The notes below the pieces were generated by a model. That model had not been told where the DNA came from. It saw nothing but the letters and a program-made list of their open reading frames with translations, and searched no databases. A stretch of 64,000 nt of DNA, taken from contig NC_043000.1 in the NCBI RefSeq assembly GCF_006345805.1, forward strand, positions 76,756,001-76,820,000, in the 5' to 3' direction. Numbering within the stretch: position 1 is the stretch's first letter; each line of letters begins with the position of its first letter. Source of the DNA: Octopus sinensis. Its lineage: Eukaryota. Position numbers and translations under genes: made by a program. Shown in pieces: positions 53,221 to 64,000 of the stretch.

Positions 53221-54082
53221 GATTGGTTTTATTAAAACATAGAACTCATTAGTGGTTCATGGAAAAAGTTACACAAAAGAAGAGAATAGTGAACGAAAGA
53301 TACAGGAAATAGAAAAAGAGAAAAGAGTACAAGTGTAGTGGCCATTTAGAGTTATTCTCATTTTATCAAATTACCTAGGGCCATGTCTGTCTCATTCTGC
53401 TGGAAATAAAGTAGGAAAACTGCTATGCTGATGATGCTAAGTGAGGCAGAAATATGCAACTACAGCTGTCCTTTATCTCCAGACACACAGACTGTCTTTT
53501 CCTTAATGGTGCATCAGTTTTGGAAAAGTCTCAATTCTCGAGATCATCTCTCCTTATTTGGAGTTGGTCTCAAGTGCCACCAAGTGATTGTTTCACCTAC
53601 ACTGGAAGCAGAGATATTTTCCTTAAAACAAGAATAATTTTGTATAGTATTAACACTTTGTAACATATGAAGTTTTGACAGAAGGTTATGATTTAGATCA
53701 CTTTAAAACAGAAAGTATACATCAGGGTAGTCTCGAATGGTTCGGCATGAAAAGTGTTCAAATTACATGCCCATGGCCACTACAAAGTTATTTCTCTTGG
53801 TTCAATTCAAATATATATATATATACATACATATACATACATATGCATACATATACACACATCCACATTTGTATAATGTATGTTTGTCTCATTTTCTTGA
53901 GATCATGCAACAGATATAACCAAGCATCACCACCATACAAGCTGTGTGTTTCTGTAAAAACATGTCCAATCATGAGAAAATATTGTGTAGCTGAAAAACT
54001 ACTTTAAAAATTTCATATGCTCCATGCAAGTATGGAAAAGCCAATGTTAAAATGTAGAAAAGAGGGGGGGGGAGATAAAAGT

Positions 54083-54400
54083 AGGCACAGCATGGCTATG
54101 TGGTAAGAAGCTCGCCTCTGAACCACATGGTTAGGGAGTTGGGTAAGTGTCTTCTATTATAGCCGCAGGCCAGCCAAAGCCTTGTGAGTGGGTTTGGTTG
54201 ACAGAAACTGTAAGAAGCTTGTCATGTGTGTTTCTCCCCACCATTGCTTGACAGCTGGTGTTGGTCCCCGTAACTTAGCAGTTTGATAGAATAAGTACTA
54301 GGTTTAAAAGAAAAAGTTATTGGGCCAATTCATTCAATTAATAATTCTTCAAGGCAGTACCCCAACATAGCTAGAGACTGAAACAAGTAAAAGATAAAGA
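54083..54400 (+). mobile_element. SINE family 1 (diverged)
   Basis: Homologous head, body and gactgaaacaagtaaaag tail. Confidence 0.75.
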
Positions 54401-54444
54401 CATCAATACACATTTATACATAGTTTCACCTATCACCAACTTAA

Positions 54445-55657
54445 CCCTTTCGTTACTATATTTCTGACCAAAATACACCCCTCATGAGTTTCAATTAAAT
54501 TCTAAAATAATCATGAATCTAGGCTTGTTTCATTAAATAACTGTAACTTTTTTACTTATCAACATATTAATGTGATATTTGGAACATAATTAAAGAAAGG
54601 GTTCTTAATCAATTCTATTGCATAACTTTTGTCTCAAAGTGACTTTAATTACAGGTAAATCCAGGTAAATTGAGCAATAGGTAAAAATAATAAAATTTTG
54701 TTTAAACATCACCATAGAAAATGAATCATCAGCTAATATTCAAATGGGTATGCAACAAAATTTTGACAAAGAAGAATTGTGCACATCACTATATCATCAG
54801 TTGAATTTAATGCACAACAGGTGTACCATAAAGGTGGAATAAAGTGAAATACTAGAATCCACCGCAAGTTTGACCAAACTAAAGAAATCGGTCAAAAAAT
54901 AATATACAGCCCTGGTTATGGTATGGACGTGATAAATTCCAGACCACATCGTTCCCTAGGCCATGCTAACATTAGTTTCCCTGTATAAAAACTAAATCCA
55001 CAACAGTACCCAGTATTTGCTTCACAAATTTTCCAAACTTTGAACCCCCATTTTGTGTTTGTTTACAATCAGTGTAAATTTGTTTTCGAAGTGATCGCTT
55101 CAAACTAGCATACTGAAAAAAATAAAAGTCTAATGGTTTCACTTCCTAAGAAAGGCTATAGATAAACTTTATCTCCTCAGAAAAATTGCTAATAAAAACA
55201 TTTAAAAATTTTTTTTACTTCATTCCGATGTAAAATCGTTTTTGCTGTCGCCATCGCCGATTTGTTTCTTTGGAATCGCTTTCATTTTCGTGCTTCTGTA
55301 CCTATTTCATTCTTTTTCTCGATATCTCCCTATTTTCCGTTGAAAAAGCGTTAAATTCGGAATCAATGCTTGATAACATGAAACTCCTATCCATTTTCAA
55401 AGTTGAAGAAAAATCGATGCCGAAAAAAATGTGGAAAAAAAATCTCCCAAAATTCAGGGAATTAAAATTACACGTCGATCGTTGTACAAAACTGTAGATG
55501 AACTGTTTACGAAGTACAATCACGTGTTTTCACGAATGTACTAAAGAGATTTGCTCTGATATTCTCATTTAAATATGAATAGGTAAATACGGGCAGCTTT
55601 GGTCACATTAACCAAAATTTTTTTCTGGCGGCTTTGGGCGGTTTAGTAACGAAAGGG
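54445..55657. mobile_element. Non-autonomous piggyBac-like element
   Basis: TTAA at 54441-54444 and 55658-55661. Perfect 13-bp TIR CCCTTTCGTTACT. No long ORF. Confidence 0.85.
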
Positions 55658-56078
55658 TTAAATTTGTTTCCAAGTCAGTTGATATATCCTCTAGTCCTCT
55701 GAACATGAACAGCACAATGACTAGACAGGGTTTTCCGGAGCATTACAAATGAATGATACTGTTATGATAACATTTGCTGACAAATGTCGTACAATGTCAA
55801 ATATTATAGACTCATCTAACTGGATCACTCAAATTTGATCCAATCAAGAGCATTCAAGCCAAATAACCAGACTAAATCACATGGCCCCTGTTGTAAGCAT
55901 CAGGGGGTCACGTCTTGGAGACCATGAAAAGGGCCATGGGAACTGCGCTGCCCCCACTGACTAAGCAAAAACAAAAAACACCATTAATGAAAGAAAGCTG
56001 CTGGTAGATAGTGGTAACTCATAAAAATTTGTTTTGTTGTATCATCATCATCATCAACAACAACAGAGTATTTACCTG

Positions 56079-56168
56079 TCATTCCAGTTTCAATTCTTCT
56101 GGCAAAGATGCTTTCGGATGTTTGTTTTCAAAGTGCTGTTTGTAGGTTTTTACATCAGGCATCAAAGA
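56079..56168 (-). CDS. ZNF706: Zinc finger protein 706, last coding exon
   Basis: Acceptor tttcag, then SLMPDVKTYKQHFENKHPKASLPEELKLE*. Completes the C-x2-C-x12-H-x4-H finger in phase 0. Confidence 0.93.
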   Translation of the reverse strand, partial: SLMPDVKTYKQHFENKHPKASLPEELKLE

Positions 56169-56929
56169 CTGAAATTCATGAGAAACAAACACTAAGAATA
56201 CAGCAAAGTAATCCTTAAATCTTACATTTAAACACCAAAAGAGATCCACCAAATAGATTGCTAGCACTGGGAGACAAAAAAAAATTCTTTTAAAAGTTAA
56301 AAAAAAATTCTCAATGCCATTTTTCTACCACCACTACAACTAATAATCTCTGATCCTCACAGCTGGCTGGTCTTGTACCACCTCCACTCAGGTATTCCTC
56401 CTCATTCACTCGTCTCACAATCCATATTGTGTTCAACCACCCAAGACTCACACTAAACATTTTCCCAATCCTTTCTCTCTTCACCTCTTAAAATTACCCT
56501 GTCCAGGTTTTTGTTGCAGCCAACAACTTGCTAATTAATCAAGTGAAACATTGTCGTTCCCACTGGTCTATGACGATTATGGGATACAGTACTTTCCTCC
56601 AGAACAAATTAATACAAAAGAAATTATGTACATATTTTTAAAAAGTGAGCATGTATATGTGTGTGTGTATATATATATATGTTTATTCTTGATAGAAGTT
56701 TATTTTGGAAAACGACTGATAATCATTCTTTGCACAACAACAATGAATTAATGGAAGATAAGGCTTTTGGAGGTGACAGCCACAGTGATATATCCGTTTC
56801 TTCAGTACACACAAGCAATCTGACTTCAACTAGTTCAACTTTTCAAGTGACTTGGATAGTATATTACCATTTGAATGGGTGAAACACCATTTTCGATAAT
56901 GAAATTAAACTTTTTTTTAAGTGTTGTTG

Positions 56930-57060
56930 ATTCAAAGATCCCTTTGGAACTTGATGTGAAGCCTGTTGATTATATTTTTTTTAAACTTGACAGGTCAAGT
57001 TTGATCAGTACAATTGCCCAGCAAACCAATTTGTATGTGGAACAAAATGAAACACCTGTC
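56930..57060 (+). pseudogene. piggyBac transposase fragment in the ZNF706 intron
   Basis: KPVDYIFF...LISTIAQQTNLYVEQ resembles the piggyBac P.DYF...I..QTN.YA motif. Confidence 0.5.
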
Positions 57061-57566
57061 TTAATTTCATAATGAAAAAGCTGCAAAAACAAAAAGGGGG
57101 CAGGATAAAACTTGTTTTTTGTTCGTGATGTTTGTATGTCCATGGCTTAATTATTTATATTCAAGTTATTACTAATATATTTCTTTACATCATCGTTTTT
57201 GAGTATGTGTTTTTAGTTATTATGTAATTAATTAATAAACACAGATGTACAACATTTTTAGCACAAATGACTACTTAACAAACAAGTTTTTTGGTAATAT
57301 TGCCAATTTTCAAAATAACCTAAAGACACTATAAACATTTGAATAAGCAAACCCACTTTTAGGTACTTTCTGCTCAATCATTATAGGACTGAATGCTTCA
57401 CTTAGATATTGAGAGCAGGGGAGGCTGATAACATTTCCAACATTCAAAATAACTCATGTTAAATGTGAAAAGGAAGGATTAGCAGGCTGAGTAAATAAAG
57501 GAGACAACTCTATGCATTTCTGGTTAGTCATCATTAATGGCAAATATATATACATCTATACATTAC

Positions 57567-57701
57567 CATACAAACAGTGCACTTATAGTTGAGTGCTGCT
57601 GCTGCAGCCTTCTTCTGGTCATGTCCAGTGGATTTCTTCATTTTATCTTTCTTTAGTTTCTGTTTTTGCTGTGACTGAATTTTCTGCTGACCACGTGCCA
57701 T
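57567..57701 (-). CDS. ZNF706: Zinc finger protein 706, first coding exon
   Basis: MARGQQKIQSQQKQ...GHDQKKAAAAALNYKCTVCM (45 codons). Acceptor AG lies 4 nt upstream of the ATG, and donor GTAATG is at 57566. Confidence 0.95.
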
Positions 57702-58232
57702 AATTCTAAAAATACAGAGAGGAAATAGCACCAGTTAATACCAGCCAAACTATAATGGACCTACACTAGATACCCAGCACTAATGACCACACTACACTGG
57801 AGCTACACCAATAAATCAGCACCTCACCTACAATAACATTAAAGTTTCCCCTTTACTGGCCTCACTCTGACAACATAATGCAGAATCCACACTAACCACA
57901 CTACAATGGCCTGGCAACACTCCACTTGCACTGGCATTGCAACACTACCTACGCTGGCTGCGTAAAACTTCTTTTACATGACTTCATAAAGTTACCTAAT
58001 TTAGCCATACAACACTGGATTTACATTGACCACACAAACACTTCATATGCTAATTATTATTGCATGGTAACAAAAATTCGTTTCTTTCAGCTGGATGTTC
58101 CCAATGAAACACCAACAACAGAAATAATTGTTTGGTGCTTTGGCCATGTCATAACAGAACCTCTATGTAGTCACTTAAACTGCCAGATATAAAAGTCTAA
58201 ATTCCATCAAATCACACTCAATTTATCTTTTA

Positions 58233-58535
58233 TCTTTTCTTTTACTTGTTTCAGTTATTAGACTGTGGTCATGCTGAGGAACCACCTTGAAGAATTTTAG
58301 TTAAATGAATTGACTCCAGTACTTATTCTTTTTAAGCTTGGTACTTATTCTATTGGTCTCTTTTGCCAAATTGCTAAGTTACAGGGATGTAAACACACCA
58401 ACATCAGTTGTTAAGTGGTGCTGGGGGACAAACACACACAACCAGCTTCTTTGAGTTTCTATCTACCAAATACACTCACAAGGCTTAGGTCAGCCCAAGG
58501 CTAAAGTAGACATGCCCAAGGTACCACACAGTACC
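58233..58535 (-). mobile_element. SINE family 1 (diverged)
   Basis: Reverse-strand homolog of the body and tail. Confidence 0.7.
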
Positions 58536-59817
58536 ACAGTCACACCTGCACCTAGACTCAAGTGTCTAAAGAGGAAAAAGGAAAGTAGTGATTTTCTTCA
58601 CTACTTCAGGGAGTGACGACCCCATTTGACATGAGTCCCAGGCTCAGCTAGCTCCAGCTGACAGAAAAGAGACAACCTAAAAAGAAATGGATAATGCAAT
58701 TTTAAACCCTTAATTTCACAGACGTCTTTGTAATTTTTTATTTTTTTATTTAAATGATGTACATACTGATACTGAATTGAATCAAACAGAATAGACTGAA
58801 CATTGGTTGGTGTGGAGGTGATCCAGAAAGCAAACAACAATCAGTGTAACATCTATCTATCTATCTAGGTCGTCCCTCAGGATGCTCTGAATGTAACATT
58901 TATCCAAATAAATATTAATATTAGAATATTAAATGCAAACTATTTGACATGGTGAGCTGAAAATAATTTTTTATCAATTGAAATTTTAACCACAATGAAA
59001 ATTATTCTTACAACAAAGATTTTTCCCAATGTCATTATTAGAACATTAAGACAAGTTCTCAAATAAACTGATGTGTCTGAATCTCCTTTAGTGATTAATG
59101 TAAGAAATCTGTTTTTCATAGTTAATTATATAAACATAATAAACTAAGTAAATTATATTAAAATAGTTATTTAGAATGAAATTTTCTCTGAATCAGAGAT
59201 AAAAGAACAGCTGAAAACTATTCTAAGCTTAAAAAAGTAGGTCTGTTGAAATATTAATAAACTAAAGCTCCACTAACACTGCACTTAAAGGTGACCTGCA
59301 GACACTAATCATAGATAAATACTGTATGTTTACTAGTGGATGAACAGTTGATGAATAACTTTGTATTAACACAGCGAATATACAAATATATATATACATA
59401 TACGTCCGTTAATCCCACTAGTTTGACAGGTGAGATAAACGGAAGGAGTTAAGCATTCAGCCTAAAACAATTTAGCTTTAAAGCTCTCAATAACACTAGA
59501 GTCTCATTTAATTCAAAATTTTCCCATACTTAGAAAGCTAGATAAGGTGCTTTAATTACACATACTTCTGCAGTCAACAACAAACATCAGAACTAATACC
59601 ATCTGGTAAGAGATACAGACATCTGTCCAGTTTAGAACATATCTAATCCTTCCTTATTACAATAATATATTTCTAACGTATTGCTAACCAAATATTAGTG
59701 TTCTCTATTATAAAACCCACAGTTTACAAAATTTTCAACTTTAAATTCATAATGAATAAAGGGAAAGTATTACGAAAATTACTAGTATTGTTTTTGTTAC
59801 TATCATTATTATTATTG

Positions 59818-60440
59818 AAGGCAGTAAGCTGGCAGAATCATTAGCATGCTGGGCAAAATGCTTAGCGGCATTTAATCTGTTACAAATTCCGCCAAGGTCA
59901 ACTTTGCCTTTCATCCTTTTGGATGAAATAAGTACCAATTACACACTGGAGTCGATGTAATCGAATATCTCCCTCACCCAAATTTCAGGCCTTGTGCCTA
60001 TAGTAGAAAGGATTATTATTATTAAGGCAGGGATTTAGCAGAATCATTAGCTCGTCAAACAAAATGATTAGTAGCATTTCATCTATTTTTAGGTTTTGGA
60101 GTTTAAATTCCAAAGTCTACTTTGCTTTCCATCCTTTTGGGATCAATTTAATAAGCACTAGTTGTGCACAAGAGTCAATATAGTTGTCTAGCACTCTTCC
60201 ACCAAAATTTCAGGCCTTATGCCTGTAGTAGAACAGATAATTATTAAGGTGGTGAGCTGGTAGAATCATTAACTTAGGACAAAATGGTTAGTGGCATTTC
60301 TTCTGGTTCTTTAACATTTTGAGTTCAAATGCTGCAAAGATCAATTTTGCTTTTAAACTATGAAGGGAGGATTAAAATAAAGTCCCAGCCAAGTAATTGA
60401 CAAACCTCCTGCTCCTAAAACTACTGCTCATGCCAAAATG
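59818..60440 (+). mobile_element. Three tandem decayed copies of a third SINE family
   Basis: Each starts ggcag/ggtgagctggcagaatcattag-like and contains actttgcctttcatcc-like cores, separated by (att)n. Confidence 0.65.
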
Positions 60441-60679
60441 TAAAATCCTTATTGTTAATATTACTATTATTAGCACAGATCTTTGTCAAAAATTAGATCT
60501 TAGGATTCCTGTTAATAACATTTGAATACCCTAACTGTCGAATGCTAAACCGCCTACGTAGGTAGTGGGTAGTGATTTTCTTCACTACTTCAGGGAGTGA
60601 CGACCCCGTTTGACACGAGTCCCAGGCTCAGCTAGCTCCAGCTGACAGAAAAGAGACAACCTAAAAAGAAATGGATAGA

Positions 60680-62530
60680 TGGATGGAGTACTACCAGGGT
60701 CTCTACTCACAGGAGCCCACGATCGCTGAAGCTGCAATCAAGGGTGTCAAGATCTTGCCAGCCATGTGTGAACTTGACAGTCTGCCGTCCATAGCAGAGC
60801 TCACCAAAGCTATTTACCTCCTTAGCCAGTGACAAGGCTCCGAGAAAAGACAGCATCCACTCAGAGATCATCAAAGCCAGCAAAAACACTGCTCTGCTTC
60901 AGCACCTTCATGAGCTTCTGTGTCAGTGCTAGGAAGAGGGTACAGAACCACAGTGTATGCGGGATGCTAACATCATTATGCTTTACAAAAACAAAGGTGA
61001 CCGTGGTGATTGTAACAATAACCATGGAATATCTCTTCTCAGCACTTTTCTCACATTATCCTGCCCAGGCTTGCTTCTCAAATTTATCCAGAATTGCAGT
61101 GTGGCTTTAGAAGACTTCTGACATGATATTCTCCATACGCCAACTTCATGAGAAGTCCAGAGAGCAGAAAATGCCATTATATATGGCTTTCATTGATCTG
61201 ACAAAGGCCTTTGACTTGGTAAATAGAGAAGGTCTCTTCATCTTGCTTCAAAAAATCGGATGTCCACCAAAGCTGCTGAGGATCATCAAATCTTTCCATG
61301 ATGATATTCAAGGCGCCATACAGCACAATGGTTCAACAACAGCCGCCTTCCAAATTAAGAATGGGGTAAAGCAAGGCTGTGTCCTTTCTCCTACATTATT
61401 TGGCATCTTCTCGCTGCTGTCACATGCCTTTGAGACATCAAATGATGGAGTGTTTCTGCACAGAAGTGACAGGAAACTGTTCAATCTCTCGCATCTGCAT
61501 GTCCAGACCAAAATCAGAAGCATCCTGCTGATGATGCCGCTCTAGTATTACACACAGAAGAAGCCCTGCAAAGGCTCATCAACTGCTTTCAACAAGCATG
61601 TAGCAACTTTGGCTTAGTTATCAGCCTCAAGAAGACCAACATCATGGGTCAGGCTACATCAGACATCCCAAACATACATATTGGAGACCACAGACTACAG
61701 GAGGTGGAGAAGTTTACCTATCTTGGCTCTACCATCACCTACAACCTATCCCTTGATGCTGAGCTCAATATACGCATTGGCAAGGCAGCTGCTGTGATGG
61801 CCCAACTCTCCAAACTGGGATGGGACAACAATAAGCTGACCAAGACCACAAAAATGAAGATTTACCAGGCATGTGTACATAGCACTCTACAGTATGGCAG
61901 TGAGACCTGGACGTCATACACATGTCAAGAGCGTTGCCTATATATCTTTCACCTGCACTGCCTCCGGAAAATCCTAGACATCAAATGGCAGAATCATGTC
62001 CCCAACAAAGATGTCCTCAAGCAAGCAGGAATACAAAGCATGTTTGCACTCCTCACACAAAGACGTATGAGATGGCTTGGACATGTTAGTCGTATGGAAG
62101 ATAGCAGAATCCCTAAGGACATACTCTACAGAGAGCTTGCTAGGGGCACTTGGTCTGTTGGAAGACTGTTCTTACAATATAAGAATGTTTGCAAAAGGGA
62201 CATGAAGGCCTGTGACATCAATATTAGCACCTGGGAAGCGGTTGCCAACAACCGTGGCGATTGGCAACGCGCTATAGAAGAGAGAACACAAAGGAGTGAC
62301 AGAGGGAGAGAAGAGAAATGGAAAGACAGGAAAAGACGTCAACAAGAAACTATGACATTACAACCAGCCAAGCAAAGTCTATGCTACATTTGTGGCACCT
62401 GTCAGAGGGAGTGTTTGTCCAGGATAGGACTACACAGCCACAGCAGCAGATGTATTAGGACATGAAATGTAAAAACCGGACTAGATTATTATGTGCAATG
62501 CCACTGTCTCCCGAGACAAAAGGATGCCTA
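60680..62530 (+). mobile_element. 5'-truncated RTE-clade LINE (RT and C-terminus, frameshifted)
   Basis: KGDRGDCNN.HGISLL, DMIFSIRQLHEKSREQ, AFIDLTKAFD, GVKQGCVLSPTLF, ADDAAL, FTYLGS, RMRWLGHVSRM, and a C-terminal C..C...GL.SH..RC motif. Confidence 0.92.
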
Positions 62531-62699
62531 ACTGTGGAGCATACTGATTTTTCTACAGTTATCTGCAGCTATTGCCAACCAACTGGAAGAATTGAAAATC
62601 AAAAGACAATACAGTAGCAACTCCTTATCTCATTCAATGGAAATTATAAACAATATCTGGCAGTGTACGCTATAGTCTAGTCACTTGTATAGTAAACCG

Positions 62700-63720
62700 G
62701 TGATACATGGAGTCATACCCAATGATTGGTGTAGTAGCACCATAGTCAACTGCTACAAGGGTAAAGGTGATGCATTAATTAGGAATAATCACAGAGATAT
62801 CAAGTTGTTGGATCAGGTGATGTAAGTCACAGAGAGGGTCACAGCCCAACTAATTAAAAGAAGTAAGTTAGTTTAGACAAGATGCAGTTTGGGTTTGTGC
62901 AAGGGAGAAGTACCACTGATGCTATCTTTCTGGTAAGATAGCTGCAGGAGAAATTCCTAGCTCATGATATACCTCTGTACTTGGCTTTCGTTGACATAGA
63001 GAAAGCCTTTAACAGAGTGCCCCGATCCCTTATCTGGTGGTCAATGCGGAAACTAGGGACAGATGAGTGGTTGGTGAGAGCTGTACAAGCCATTTACAGG
63101 GATGCTGTCAGTAAGGTGAGGGTTGGCAACGAATATAGTGAAGAATTCTGGGTATTTGATATCTTCTGTTACCTAGGTGACCAAGTTAATAGCAGGGGTG
63201 GATGCTCTGAGAGCATAGCTGCCAGAATAAGAATAGCCTGGGCAAAGTTCAGAGAACTACCACTGCTGGTAACAAAAGGCCTCTCGCTCAGAGTGAAAGG
63301 TAGACTGTATGATGTCTGTATGTGAACAGCCATGCTACACAGAGGTGAAACATAGGCTGTGACTGCTGAAGACATGCGTAGGCTTGAAAGAAATGATGCT
63401 AGTATGCTCCGCTGGAAGTGTAAAATCAGTGTCCATACACGGCAGAGTGTATGTAAGCACCCAGAGAGAAAAGTTGGACATAAGAAGCATCAGATGTGGT
63501 GTGCAAGAGAGATGACTGTGCTGGTATGGTCATGTGTTGCATTGGGATGAGGACAGCTGTGTGAAGTGTCACACCCAAACAGTGGAGGGAATCTGTGGAA
63601 AACGTAGACCCAGAAAGACATGGGATGAGGTGGTGAAGTACGACCTTCAAACATTGGGTTTCAGAGGCAATGACTAGCGACCAAAACCTTAGGAGATATG
63701 TTGTGCTTCAGAAGACCTGT
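62700..63720 (+). mobile_element. Second RTE-type LINE relic with an internal deletion
   Basis: KGKGDA, QFGF...STTDAIF, AFVDIEKAFNRVPR, then a jump at ~63150 to FCYLGD...RIRIAWAKFREL. The QG and YADD region is absent. Confidence 0.85.
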
Positions 63721-63749
63721 TGAGCCAAGTGAAATCGTAGTCATGGCAA

Positions 63750-64000
63750 ATGCCAGTGCCGCCTGACTGGCACCCATGCCAGAGGCACGTAAAAAGCTCC
63801 ATTCAAGTGTGACCGATGCCAGTGTTGCTTGACTGGCACCCATGCTGGTGGCACATAAAAAGCACCATTTGAATGTGGTCAATGTCAATGCTGCCTGACT
63901 GGCTCCTGTGTCAGTGGCAAGTAAAAAGCATCATTGAGCATGGTCGATGTCAGTGTCACCTGGCAAGCTCCCATGCTGGTGGCACATAAAAAGCACCCAC
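63750..64000 (+). repeat. ~66-bp tandem repeat, about four copies
   Basis: gccagtg...tgactggcacccatgc...ggcacataaaaagcacc units. Confidence 0.8.

Noticed and set aside
53376-53399. Possible 24-nt minus-strand microexon (ttccag|...ctag|gtaatt) for the ZNF706 3' UTR
   Set aside because: Splice-like motifs are common by chance in this composition and need RNA evidence.

Overview
Animal genomic DNA: AT-rich, dense in microsatellites and mostly transposon-derived. The SINE and repeat content points to an octopus-type cephalopod (inference). There are no prokaryotic features. One host gene is clear: ZNF706 on the minus strand, with two coding exons (57567-57701 and 56079-56168) giving a 74-aa C2H2 protein. 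The mobile DNA includes two full-length decayed mariner elements with TIRs, a Tigger-like and a piggyBac-like non-autonomous element, a 550-bp foldback MITE, a Helitron-like element, two RTE LINE relics, an R4/Dong-like RT fragment and many tRNA-derived SINEs. At least six Penelope-like element (PLE) pieces are present, along with about ten hammerhead ribozyme motifs. Four leads stand out. (1) A PLE relic has in-frame TGA at two of the four Cys positions of its CxC-x5-C-x5-C motif, a candidate selenoprotein-coding PLE. (2) A 2.24-kb ORF1-only retroposon sits in a SINE head with a 15-bp TSD. (3) An intronless Myb/SANT-like ORF lies between two different modular tandem arrays, although a 100-N gap separates it from the right array. 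(4) A head-to-head pair of short elements combines a tRNA-like head with a hammerhead tail. All calls come from reading motifs by eye with no database searches. Homopolymer indels suggest that some frameshifts are long-read assembly errors.
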